Part shown: positions 48,704 to 58,012 of the stretch, in pieces
How the letters are laid out: each line of letters begins with the position of its first letter
Position numbering within the stretch: the stretch's first letter is position 1
Assembly (NCBI GenBank): GCA_049521795.1
Contig: JBEKOM010000004.1
Span: forward strand, 1-64,000
Origin: Candidatus Bathyarchaeia archaeon
GTDB lineage: Archaea; Thermoproteota; Bathyarchaeia; Bathyarchaeales; Bathycorpusculaceae
DNA: 64,000 bases
Direction of reading: 5' to 3'
The notes under the pieces: model-generated
What the model was told of the DNA's origin: nothing
What the model saw: the letters and a program-made list of their open reading frames with translations, nothing else
Databases searched by the model: none
Translations under genes and position numbers: made by a program

Positions 48704-49261
48704 ATGCTCTCCCACGGCAAACACAAGCCTTCAGGCAAGATTTGGATAGAGTACAGAGGAAAACCGCTACTGGGCAAGGGCGGAGCCAAAATCTTGGAAA
48801 GCATCAAAGAGGAAGAATCAATATCAAAGGCTGCTCGGAAGCTCGGGATGTCTTATCGCTATGTTTGGGGTTACATGCAGAACATGGAAAAAGCCCTTGG
48901 CGAACCAGTCTTAGAAACGTTCAGAGGAGGCAAGTCCGGCGGTGGCGGTGCAAAACTGACCGAGTGCGGGGAAAGTCTGCTAGACGAATACGAACGTCTA
49001 GAAAATTATCTGAATCAGATTCTTACCAACAAAGGATACTGGGAGGTGAAGAATTTGAAGATTAGTGCAAGAAACCGTTTGAAAGGAAAAGTTGTGGCAG
49101 TCGAAAAAGACGGCATTACAGCAAAAGTCAAGATCAACGTAACCGGGCCTTCTGTAGTCACGGCAGTCATTACGAAGGAAGCACTTGAGGATCTGGACAT
49201 AAAAGTCGGGGACACCGTGGAAGCGATAGTGAAATCAACTGAAGTCATCATAGCTAAGTAA
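48704..49261 (+). CDS. modE: ModE-family regulator (wHTH + TOBE/Mop)
   Basis: SISKAARKLGMSYRYVW, RGG..GGGA.LT, KISARN..KG; TTTATAA about 30 nt upstream (likely leaderless). Confidence 0.92.
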   Translation: MLSHGKHKPSGKIWIEYRGKPLLGKGGAKILESIKEEESISKAARKLGMSYRYVWGYMQNMEKALGEPVLETFRGGKSGGGGAKLTECGESLLDEYERLENYLNQILTNKGYWEVKNLKISARNRLKGKVVAVEKDGITAKVKINVTGPSVVTAVITKEALEDLDIKVGDTVEAIVKSTEVIIAK

Positions 49262-49366
49262 GCCTTTGCATCCCTCAGATTCTTGGAACCTAGGCGATGT
49301 TCTTCCCACGCTTGAACTAGTTGCTACGACTGACCTGCTCTTGGCGAGGGACCATTGCTATTGGAC

Positions 49367-49831
49367 TCATTTCTCAATGATCATCGGATGAACCAATTGG
49401 CGGCAATGAGGGCAATGTATTAGTCCTTTGTCTCCCCTTGATTTCCAATCCTTCTTGCAGAAAGGGCACCGATACCACACGACGTCTCCAGGGAGATAAA
49501 GCCGTTGCACGCTCAAGACCAGCAGTACAACTCCTGCGATGAGCATGACATCCCCCAAGACGACGAGGTATACCAGTCTAAATTCAAGGCCCAGAATGAA
49601 ACCCAGATTTTCCGTCCATAGAAGCGTCAGAAAAGTTGAAAAAGGGTCTTTGGCTGACGAAACCTCTGGCCAAGTTTTCCACAGCGTGGTCAAAAGCGCA
49701 GCTATCCCTGCTAAGCACAGGGTCAAGCTGAGGACATACCTGGACTTTTTTCTACGGAGAATCTTCAACCTACATTCTCGACTTGAGCTTTGCAACTTTT
49801 GTTTTATTAGATTTATGAAGTCAGTGTTCAC
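49367..49831 (-). CDS. Membrane protein with C-terminal zinc ribbon
   Basis: Two TM regions, CPFC...CPHC. Confidence 0.7.
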   Translation of the reverse strand: MNTDFINLIKQKLQSSSRECRLKILRRKKSRYVLSLTLCLAGIAALLTTLWKTWPEVSSAKDPFSTFLTLLWTENLGFILGLEFRLVYLVVLGDVMLIAGVVLLVLSVQRLYLPGDVVWYRCPFCKKDWKSRGDKGLIHCPHCRQLVHPMIIEK

Positions 49832-49945
49832 AGCAATCTACATTTTGCATTTGGGGTTTAGCGCGCCAGTGTGTCCTGAATTCTTTTGGAAGCAGCTGTG
49901 CTGCTCATTTTGCTCTTCAATCATATTTGGGTCATATAGGATACC

Positions 49946-49958
49946 CGGGGGGGAGGGA
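49946..49958 (+). repeat. CGGGGGGGAGGGA, copy 1
   Basis: Identical 13-mer at 55846-55858. Confidence 0.75.
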
Positions 49959-50204
49959 GTGAGCACGAAAGCACCCCGCTCAAACCGTAAAAGTGACCAT
50001 AACCCTTCAAATCCCAAAGGGGGACATGGAAAAGGAAAATAACCTCAACAAGCCCAGTGCGTCGTAGATGAAGGAGCAGATTGTCGCAGATTCATGGAAA
50101 CCTTTAAGTCTGCCGTAGGCTTTTTAGTCGATGATAATTGGAAATCCAAATTTTTCAATTATGCTTAAGTCCAATAGAGGTGATCCTACACGTCACAAAA
50201 AAGA

Positions 50205-50435
50205 ATGTTCGAAATTAAATGCACCGACTGCGGCCAAACCGCTACGGTGCCCTTCAAGCCTACAGCAGGCAAGCCAGTTTACTGCAGAACGTGTTTCTCG
50301 AAACACACCGTCAAGCGCCCAGAAAATGGTGGTACAAACTTCAGTTTTGACCCGAAACAGGCCTGGGCCCGACGAGGAGACAACTGGCATGGAAGAAAGG
50401 AGGAAGAACCAACCAGCGTCTTCCAACGGCTGTAG
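50205..50435 (+). CDS. CxxC-x17-CxxC zinc-ribbon protein
   Basis: CTDCG...VPFKP..GKPVYCRTCF. Confidence 0.88.
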   Translation: MFEIKCTDCGQTATVPFKPTAGKPVYCRTCFSKHTVKRPENGGTNFSFDPKQAWARRGDNWHGRKEEEPTSVFQRL

Positions 50436-50473
50436 TGCACACTTAAGATAAGCCCTATTCAGGCTGAAAACAG

Positions 50474-50505
50474 GTTACGAGATTCGTTACCGCTTCTTGT
50501 TACCA
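50474..50505 (+). repeat. Phased GTTAC repeats x3 (12-13 nt spacing)
   Basis: GTTAC at 50474, 50486 and 50499. Confidence 0.55.
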
Positions 50506-50514
50506 TTTTCGTCA

Positions 50515-50913
50515 CTACTGTTTGCCACTGATGGTCTTGGAAGGCTCGAACAATTCGCAAGGCTCCTGTCTTCTCAACAGCTCTGTGTCATGATCGTAAC
50601 CTCTAGGACACTTCGGTCGTATGTAGTGAGCACAGTTGCCGCACTCGGCGTCTAGGACGGCATTCGGGGTCTCAGTAGGCTTTGGCAGCTGAGCGCTTTC
50701 ACGTTCTTTCATCGTCCTCTGCCTCTTAGGCAAATCGCATCTTATGTCACAAGTCCTGCGCAAACCGCACAGATAGCAACAAGCGTCCTTGACCTCATTG
50801 CGGCACTCTTCCGTCCTGAGCGTTCCCATGGTGCTCTCCCTTATCGCGTTGCAACAATCGTCTCCAACAAGATACTCACACTCAAAACGTGAACGGATCG
50901 CATCCTTCGTCAA
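50515..50913 (-). CDS. Cys-rich hypothetical protein
   Basis: CEYL...CC...C...CCYLC...C...C plus CGNC...CP...C. Confidence 0.7.
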   Translation of the reverse strand: MTKDAIRSRFECEYLVGDDCCNAIRESTMGTLRTEECRNEVKDACCYLCGLRRTCDIRCDLPKRQRTMKERESAQLPKPTETPNAVLDAECGNCAHYIRPKCPRGYDHDTELLRRQEPCELFEPSKTISGKQ

Positions 50914-50988
50914 GTCCGCCGCCTACCTTTTCGATGTCCACGCGATGCCGACATGATTCTGACATTCTCGATCGTGCGCTAGAATCCT

Positions 50989-51270
50989 CTAGCGGATCCG
51001 GCGGCTTGTCCGTCGATGTGCGTCCTTCACGGGTTTTTTTCCTCGACTTTGATGTTGTGAATCTTCTTTGGATAGGCGAGTTTGTACGTCTTCCTGTATC
51101 AATTCAAGACTCCTCAGAATATCTGCGTAGGAAGTGCCTGCTGAGAACGCGACCACTGCGGCTGTGCCAACGATGAGTCTTGTGTCATGGCCCAAAATCT
51201 CTCTCAGTTCTTCTGGCACATGCAGTACATCAGACTCGATCTTCGCCACTATTGTCTTAAGCTCACCCAA
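50989..51270 (-). CDS. AbrB/MazE-like DNA-binding protein
   Basis: LHVPEELREILG resembles the AbrB I.IP..R..LG motif; GGTGA SD. Confidence 0.55.
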   Translation of the reverse strand: MGELKTIVAKIESDVLHVPEELREILGHDTRLIVGTAAVVAFSAGTSYADILRSLELIQEDVQTRLSKEDSQHQSRGKKPVKDAHRRTSRRIR

Positions 51271-51460
51271 CTCGAAATCACCAGTTCTATGAAAACCCTT
51301 TCGAGCTATTCAAGTCTTCTCTTCACATTCTACGCTTGATTTCTATGCTTGCACGCGAGGGATCGCTAATGGAAAACAAGCTAGGGAAACTCCGATTTCC
51401 CACGTATTAGTTTTATTAGCGGTAACGTGCAAACTAGTTAGAGAAGGGTGATCGCCAAGA

Positions 51461-52729
51461 ATGAAGTCTTTTGATGCAAGTTCAGCGTACCGCTTCATGG
51501 AAAGACTCGTCAAAGACATCGGAAACCGAGAATCGGGAACAGACTCAGAGCGGAGAGCAGCGCAGCAAATAAAAACTTGGTTCGAGGAGCTCGGACTTGT
51601 CAGCGTCAGAACGGAGGAGTTCGAAGTCCAAACAAGCCAGATTCTGAAAGAAGAGGCCTCGCTTCCCGACGGCACGAGAATCGAATGTACAGCTGTTGGA
51701 AACTCGCTGTCAACCCCGCCTGAAGGCGTCGAAGCAGAAGTCGTTATGCTGGAGTCGACGTCACAGGAATCGCTGAAAAAAATCGAGAACAAAATCGCCG
51801 TTCTGAGCCTGATTCTCTACCAGAAAGACTTCATCAAAGTCGTTAGAGCCAAGCCCCTTGCCCTGGTCTATCCTTCCCGCACTCCCCTAGCGCCCACTAT
51901 TTATCGTTCCATCCACGCTGAATTCGTCGAAAAGGAAAACGTTCCGGCCGTGTCAATGGCCCACGACGACGTACTCAACGTGCTGAAAGGCCCGAAAAAG
52001 CTGAGAATAATCACTGAAGTGAAGAAAGTGACCGCTAAGAGCCAAAACGTCCTCGGCGAAGTGCCAGGCGTTCTCGAAGACGAAGACATACTCATCGGAG
52101 CGCACTATGACACGGTGAGAAGCGTCATGGGGGCCCACGACAACGCCGCAGGAACCAGCCTAGTGCTCGAACTTGCAAGAATTTTTGCTGGTGAAAAATC
52201 AAACCGAACGCTCAGAGTCGCAGCGTTCGGCTCCGAAGAGCTTGGACTGCGCGGCAGCTTCCATCACGCCGAAAATGCAGAGAACACTAAGAACCTCCGG
52301 CTCTGCCTCGACTTCGACGTACACGGAATACTGCTCGGAAGCTTGAGCGCTGTCGTACTGGGACCAGAAGAATTGAAGTCATACCTCTCTTTCACAGCTA
52401 AGGAGCTTGGGATACGCCTCCAAGCCACGAGTGAGTTGGGAATGGGAGGTTCAGACCACATGCCTCTGGTCTTCTACGGTGTTCCTTCTATCATGCTGTC
52501 ACGAGGGGGAGGAGCAGCCCAAATAATGCACACGAACCTTGAAGACCTGCGCTGGTGCGGTCAAGAAGCCTTCATCCCCGCAGGCAAGCTAAGCCAAACA
52601 CTTTTGGAACGCTTACTGAGAGCCGAGGAACTGCCCTTTGAGAAAAAGATTCCGAACGACGTTGCCAAAGCGCTTGAAAAGAGGTTCGAAGACTCAGGCA
52701 TCAGGAAAAAGGCGAAAGAAGGAGCATAA
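51461..52729 (+). CDS. M28 family aminopeptidase with PA domain
   Basis: GAHYD, GAHDNAAG, SEELGLRGS, SDH, MHT..D. Confidence 0.92.
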   Translation: MKSFDASSAYRFMERLVKDIGNRESGTDSERRAAQQIKTWFEELGLVSVRTEEFEVQTSQILKEEASLPDGTRIECTAVGNSLSTPPEGVEAEVVMLESTSQESLKKIENKIAVLSLILYQKDFIKVVRAKPLALVYPSRTPLAPTIYRSIHAEFVEKENVPAVSMAHDDVLNVLKGPKKLRIITEVKKVTAKSQNVLGEVPGVLEDEDILIGAHYDTVRSVMGAHDNAAGTSLVLELARIFAGEKSNRTLRVAAFGSEELGLRGSFHHAENAENTKNLRLCLDFDVHGILLGSLSAVVLGPEELKSYLSFTAKELGIRLQATSELGMGGSDHMPLVFYGVPSIMLSRGGGAAQIMHTNLEDLRWCGQEAFIPAGKLSQTLLERLLRAEELPFEKKIPNDVAKALEKRFEDSGIRKKAKEGA

Positions 52730-52767
52730 TGACAAGGCGTGCAGGTAAGGCATCCAAGCGCGCGCAG

Positions 52768-52910
52768 GGCATATATGCGTGTCCAGAAGCATCCGCGATG
52801 GCTGGCAACGCTAGGAAAATTGGAAAATCAAAAGGCGTTTGACCCAGACGAAACCATATTACTCTACCTCACGGGTAACGCAACGAAATATCTCGATGTA
52901 CTAGAAATGA
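52768..52910 (+). pseudogene. thrC: Threonine synthase C-terminal remnant with frameshift
   Basis: GIYACPEASA in one frame (52768-52797), then LATLGKL...DPDETILLYLTGNATKY in the +1 frame from 52802. Confidence 0.75.
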
Positions 52911-53016
52911 GAAGAGAAAATAAAAGTCCCAGAGCGAAACACAAACTCATTGGGCTACTTTCCGCGAGAAGAGGTGCTTATACGTTTCCAGATGTTTATG
53001 TCACCGAGGGAAACGT

Positions 53017-53412
53017 GTGATTAAAACTGTTTGGTCAATCACCTTCTACGTTTCGGATTTGAAGAGGGCTGCAAGATTCTATGAGGAAACATTGGGCTTG
53101 GAGCGAAAGTACGAGTTCCCAAGCTACGTCGGGTTCGATTGCGGTGGCATAGAAATAGGCTTAATCTCAAGACCAAAAGGCGAAGCGCCGTGCAACACGT
53201 CACCGACTGTGCAGCTGCTCGTGGATGACGTTGACCAGTTTTGCGCGGAACTAGAGGCGAAGGGAGTCAAGTTTACAAAAGAACTGCACGATGAAACGTG
53301 GGGCGGCAGACAAGGAACGTTTAAGGATCTAGACGGTAACGTCCTTGAAGCCACACAGATAAACTGGGAAAAATACTTCGAAGTGTCAGCAAAAGGTGCC
53401 CAAAACAAGTAG
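53017..53412 (+). CDS. VOC/glyoxalase family protein
   Basis: VSDL..A..FY...LG, WGGR...F.D.DGN..E. Confidence 0.9.
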   Translation: MIKTVWSITFYVSDLKRAARFYEETLGLERKYEFPSYVGFDCGGIEIGLISRPKGEAPCNTSPTVQLLVDDVDQFCAELEAKGVKFTKELHDETWGGRQGTFKDLDGNVLEATQINWEKYFEVSAKGAQNK

Positions 53413-53457
53413 CCAGCACGTGAAGAAATAAGGAAACGATGCCATGCAGATTGCCCG

Positions 53458-53682
53458 CTATTGTTTTCTTCCGCATTCAGGGCAGAAACGCGCCGAAACA
53501 GGTATTCTGCTCTTGCAGTTGGGGCAGATTTTCAACACAAGTTCAGGACGCAACAAGGCCCCGCAGAAATTGCAGTAGCTAGAACCTGAGGAGACTTCCC
53601 TCCCACATCTTGGGCAAATCAAGTATCTTCCATACAAGGGAAGCGGAATCAGAACCCAACCTCCAACGTTCAAATCATCCAC
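53458..53682 (-). CDS. Double zinc ribbon protein (start uncertain)
   Basis: CPRCG...CNFCG...CPNC...CPECG. Confidence 0.8.
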   Translation of the reverse strand: MDDLNVGGWVLIPLPLYGRYLICPRCGREVSSGSSYCNFCGALLRPELVLKICPNCKSRIPVSARFCPECGRKQ

Positions 53683-53963
53683 TTCGTTCGAACTGGCTTC
53701 TTGAACTTCATCATCACAGTCTGCTATTTATGCGGTGTCTCCTCGATGAAGGATACGCTTCAAGCAGTTACAAAAATCCTAAGAAGCCAATCTCTCAAAT
53801 GATTTTGCCTATTTTTTTGAGCGAGCGGATGGAGCTTACTCTTGACCTAGACTAAGCATGTCGTGTGCAAATAGGATCACTCAATCTCAAGGAGTGACGA
53901 GAGGTTCGCGCGAATTAAGCAGATTGATTATAGAAAAGAAAATGGGAAGGTGGAAGAGACGGT

Positions 53964-54365
53964 CTACTTTTCTCTCGTTATTGAAAAGACGTGTCTAATG
54001 GCGATTATCACGGCGGCTGGCGCTGCGAACGCGACGATGTACTTCAGAATCGCTGATGCCCAGTAGTACAGCAGTTGATGAATAGTTGCTAATGGTTGCC
54101 AGACATTCGACAACGTTCCTGCCACGACCAGAGCAATTGTTGCTATGAGGAACGGCGTTACGTCTTTTACGCCAACGCTTATGAGCCCAACTACTATTCC
54201 AAGAATCAGAAGAATTAACATCACGTCCGCGTCGGCGTTCATAACATTGGTGTCACTCCAATGAAGTGTTGCGTTGTAGGCCATGTAGCCGATGACTAGC
54301 CCCATGACGATTGCTATGACAACAAAGGCGAGAAATGCCCACCTGGCCACTTCTTTCATTTCCAT
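53964..54365 (-). CDS. Hypothetical 4-TM membrane protein
   Basis: WAF, LGIVVGL, FLIATIAL, F.APAA pattern; hydrophobic. Confidence 0.8.
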   Translation of the reverse strand: MEMKEVARWAFLAFVVIAIVMGLVIGYMAYNATLHWSDTNVMNADADVMLILLILGIVVGLISVGVKDVTPFLIATIALVVAGTLSNVWQPLATIHQLLYYWASAILKYIVAFAAPAAVIIAIRHVFSITREK

Positions 54366-54583
54366 TTATACCACGGAATTCCCTATATGTTTGAATATGT
54401 GTTATAAATTTTATGCAATTTGCAGGGCTCTTTTCGGCCTGAGTGCAACTGAAGGGTGTTCTTCGTCTCCATAGAAAGCAGAATCACTCTCTGCGCGCAC
54501 GTTCAAGTTGAGATCACGATCAATATGACTTCAGCAAAGCTTTTCCTCACATAACACACATGGTTATTTTCAAGGGGTCTAGT

Positions 54584-55687
54584 ATGGGAATTCGGCAGGT
54601 TGCAGTTTATCACGTTGTTCTAAGGTACAGGGAACCTTTTCGAATTGCTCCTGGAGTGAGCACCGAGGCGGACAACGTTGTTGTGAAGCTGATTACTGAT
54701 TATGGAGTGGTCGGCTGGGGTGAGTCTTCTCCGTCGAAGAGGGTGACCGGTGAAACGGTGGAGACAGTGGTCAGAACCCTGGACGAGATTGGGCCAAAGC
54801 TCATTCGTATGTGCCCGTTGAGGATCGAGCAGGATGTCGAACTAATGGACACTGTCGTTGAGGGGAATCCTGCGGCGAAAGCAGCGGTTGACATGGCGTT
54901 GCATGATGTTTTGGGAAAAACGGTTGGAAAGCCATTGTTCATGCTGATTGGCGGCTATCGGACTGAAGTCCTGACGGACATAACATTGGGCATCAAATCC
55001 GCGAAGGGGATGGCTGGCGATGCTGCCAAGGCTGTTAGGAAGGGTTTCAGGGCGCTGAAGGTGAAGTTGGGCACAGACCCTGCTGAGGATGTTGAACGTG
55101 TGAGGGCAGTTCGTGAAGCAGCAGGTGACGACGTGCAGATACGGGTTGACGCTAACCAGGGCTGGACAGTTAAACAGGCTGTTGACGTGCTCAACAAGAT
55201 TGAAAAGTATAAGATACAGTTTGCAGAGCAGCCGGTTTCTGCGCAGGACATCAAGGGCCTGCGCGAAGTCAGGAGGAACTCGCCTATACCCATCATGGCC
55301 GATGAGAGTGTTCACTCGCCCCGAGACGCTCTACGACTCATACGTGCGGAGGCGGTTGACTTGATAAACATCAAGTTGATGAAGTGCGGGGGAATTCTGA
55401 ATGGGCGGAAAATTGCTGAGGTCGCTGAGGCTGCCCGGGTGCCCTGCATGATTGGATGTATGAGCGAGTCTGAGATCGGCATAGCCGCGGCTGCCCACTT
55501 GGCCGCAGGGGTTAAGAACATTCAGTACGCAGACTTGGATTCGGACCTTCTGCTCAAAGACAAACTGGTCAAGAAAGGCGGTGCAGGCGTCAAGGATTCT
55601 GCGAGAACATTCTCAAAGATTTGCGGCTTAGGCGTGGAAGAAATAAACGCTGAACTTCTGGGAAAACCGACAAAGTTATACAAGTAG
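54584..55687 (+). CDS. Dipeptide (L-Ala-D/L-Glu-type) epimerase, enolase superfamily
   Basis: KVK, metal ligands DANQ/EQP/DES, second Lys NIKLMK, GCM.E and DLD signature. Confidence 0.9.
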   Translation: MGIRQVAVYHVVLRYREPFRIAPGVSTEADNVVVKLITDYGVVGWGESSPSKRVTGETVETVVRTLDEIGPKLIRMCPLRIEQDVELMDTVVEGNPAAKAAVDMALHDVLGKTVGKPLFMLIGGYRTEVLTDITLGIKSAKGMAGDAAKAVRKGFRALKVKLGTDPAEDVERVRAVREAAGDDVQIRVDANQGWTVKQAVDVLNKIEKYKIQFAEQPVSAQDIKGLREVRRNSPIPIMADESVHSPRDALRLIRAEAVDLINIKLMKCGGILNGRKIAEVAEAARVPCMIGCMSESEIGIAAAAHLAAGVKNIQYADLDSDLLLKDKLVKKGGAGVKDSARTFSKICGLGVEEINAELLGKPTKLYK

Positions 55688-55794
55688 CACTTCCATCGGC
55701 TTAGATGGCCTCAGCTTTTCACGGCTGCAAAGACCAGGGTAAGCTTCCCAGACCTGAGCATCGACCCATACACCTGTCTGCTTCTTCAAAGCTT

Positions 55795-55858
55795 GTTACC
55801 ACACAACATTACCAAACAACATTACCAAAACCGTTACCACAAAAACGGGGGGGAGGGA
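55795..55858 (+). repeat. Four phased RTTACCA units followed by CGGGGGGGAGGGA copy 2
   Basis: TTACCA at 55796, 55809, 55822 and 55834; G-run at 55846-55858. Confidence 0.85.
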
Positions 55859-55970
55859 CGAGAAAACTGCGAAGTCTAAGCTCTAGCACAGCGGAACGGT
55901 GGTCTGAAGAACCTGCCGAATCATTTGAGAAGGCAAATCATTTTAGGCTAAGGTTTCGTAGTTGATTAGC

Positions 55971-56465
55971 ATGAATCGTCAATTTGAGAGGCATCTTGTA
56001 GAGACTATGCGGAGAATGGAAGATCCTGGGTTGCTTTTGGTGAGTGCGAATAAAGATGGAAAAAGCAATGTGATGACGATTGGTTGGGGGTTCGTGGGCG
56101 TTTTCTGGAGAATGCCAGTTTTTATGGTGGCCGTGAGGCCTTCGAGGTTCAGTCATGAGTTCATCGAAGAGAGCGGCGAGTTTACGGTGAATGTTCCCGG
56201 CGACGGCATGGACGACGTTGTTGAGTACTGTGGCAAAGTGTCAGGAAGGAAGCACGACAAGTTCGCAGAATGTAAACTGCGCTTGCTAAAGGGCAAAAAG
56301 GTGCGCGTGCCCGTGATCAAAAAGTGCAAGGTACACTATGAGTGTCAGGTCGTGCACAAGCTTGAGGTCGTTCCAGGTTTAGTTCCTGCAAACGTCAAGA
56401 AGACCTTCTATCCGCGTGGCGACCATCACACGATATACTTTGGAAAGATCGTTGCAGTCTACTGA
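55971..56465 (+). CDS. Flavin reductase family protein
   Basis: NVMTIGWG, VRPSRFSHEFI, CG..SGR..DK, EC, HTIYFG. Confidence 0.9.
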   Translation: MNRQFERHLVETMRRMEDPGLLLVSANKDGKSNVMTIGWGFVGVFWRMPVFMVAVRPSRFSHEFIEESGEFTVNVPGDGMDDVVEYCGKVSGRKHDKFAECKLRLLKGKKVRVPVIKKCKVHYECQVVHKLEVVPGLVPANVKKTFYPRGDHHTIYFGKIVAVY

Positions 56466-56622
56466 GCAAGCGTTTTCAAGATGAGTCTGGCTGCTAACTG
56501 AAGACGGGTAACGCTTACTGAATAGGCGTCTCATCCCTGATCTTGTGGCCGCGAAGATTTATTACGTATGCTGTTCTATGTGTGCAAAGAAACCTACTGG
56601 TTCAATACAGGTGTTTGATGAG

Positions 56623-57018
56623 ATGAAGGGCAAGACGATACGACAGAAGGTGGTAATTCCTGCCACGCCAAACGAGGTTTATGAGGCCTACGTTGACCCG
56701 AAGAAACATTCAAAGTTCACCGGCAGCAAAGCAACCTTCGATCCCGAGGTCGGCGGAGAGTTTACAGCTTGGGATGGCTACATATCAGGAAAAAACTTGG
56801 GGCTGAAGAAGGGAAAGAAGATAGTGCAGGAGTGGCTGACGACAGAATGGCCCAAAGGTTTTCCTCCTTCCAGACTAGAGTTAACTCTTAAGAAGACAGA
56901 AGAGGGCACCGAGATCTCGATGGTTCATTCTGGGGTTCCTGCTGAGCAGGCTGAAGACACAGCACAAGGCTGGAACGAATTTTACTGGGAACCGTTGAAG
57001 GAGTTTTTCAAGAAGTGA
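56623..57018 (+). CDS. SRPBCC/AHSA1 domain protein
   Basis: VYEA..D, F.AWDGYI.G, IVQEW, GW..FYW. Confidence 0.88.
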   Translation: MKGKTIRQKVVIPATPNEVYEAYVDPKKHSKFTGSKATFDPEVGGEFTAWDGYISGKNLGLKKGKKIVQEWLTTEWPKGFPPSRLELTLKKTEEGTEISMVHSGVPAEQAEDTAQGWNEFYWEPLKEFFKK

Positions 57019-57197
57019 AATCGTGCACCCGTCTTGTAGCCTGACCGAAACCCAACCATTGCGCAGAGCATTAGAACCGGCGAATAGGCACGGCTAATTC
57101 GGGACTGCGACGTCAAATATCAAGGATAAGTCGTTTCTGTATGTCTTCAAGCTTGCCTCACGTTTTGAAGTCTGATCTCGATTTTCCCGAGGTAGGA

Positions 57198-58010
57198 ATG
57201 CACACCTTTCCATTTTCAAGTTCCGCGTCTTTTCGGATCTATTCAAGCACGGAACCGCACAACTGGAAGATAGGTGATTTACAGAAAGGCTTGATCCTCG
57301 TCCACAACGGAACAGAAACGGTTGGCGAAGGAACAGGTTTCGGGGTTCCCGTTCTCGTCTATTCAGACGAAACTTTTTTTTCAGGGTCGTCAAAAGTGGA
57401 CGTTTCCAAGGGTGATGGACCTCGCACAGTCTGTAAGGAGTTCGTGATGGACAGGGTTGCCAGAAACAGGTTTAGAAATGTAACGCTGGAAAACAGGATA
57501 GCACGCAGGTTTTTCACGCGCTTAGCAGATGTTTACCAAAAACATCCAACGTTTCGGTTTCTAACGTTGAAAGACCTGACTGGAAAAATGGATGTCGACA
57601 CGACTTTTTTGAAAGCAAGTTCAAAAGGTAAGGTTGTTGTCACTTACACGATGGATGGACCCAGTGTTGAGGTGAGAGCTGATTTCAGGGATTTACAGAG
57701 AAGGGGACTTGAAAAGATTTTCATGCTGAATGAGCATGGGTCGAGGTTTTTCAGGGAATACGCTGATTCTGAGGGCGCAGAATTAGTGGACACTGCGATA
57801 GGTGCTTGGGACGGGATAAGCGCGAAATGGAGTTGTCTGAAAACTCTGAACGGTGATTTTGGCTTTCGCCTGTGGAAGGCTGAAAACAGCATATTGCGCA
57901 GGGGCCGCGAGTTTCTGAAGGGTTCGCTGGATTGGGTTGGCTTGGACTACGAGGTTAATCCCCTGATGGATGTTTTCGAATATGTGATTGAGGTTCTGGA
58001 CGTGCATTAA
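57198..58010 (+). CDS. Uncharacterised protein coupled to the radical SAM gene
   Basis: LQKGL, EG.GFGVP, LNEHG, RGRE, W.GL motifs; GAGGT SD; 2-nt gap to the next gene. Confidence 0.75.
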   Translation: MHTFPFSSSASFRIYSSTEPHNWKIGDLQKGLILVHNGTETVGEGTGFGVPVLVYSDETFFSGSSKVDVSKGDGPRTVCKEFVMDRVARNRFRNVTLENRIARRFFTRLADVYQKHPTFRFLTLKDLTGKMDVDTTFLKASSKGKVVVTYTMDGPSVEVRADFRDLQRRGLEKIFMLNEHGSRFFREYADSEGAELVDTAIGAWDGISAKWSCLKTLNGDFGFRLWKAENSILRRGREFLKGSLDWVGLDYEVNPLMDVFEYVIEVLDVH

Positions 58011-58012
58011 CG

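Noticed and set aside
49990-50030. TTCAAATCCC resembling a tRNA T-loop
   Set aside because: No T-stem pairing or cloverleaf around it
55795-55845. CRISPR array
   Set aside because: Units are 12-13 nt with no unique spacers, and there are no cas genes
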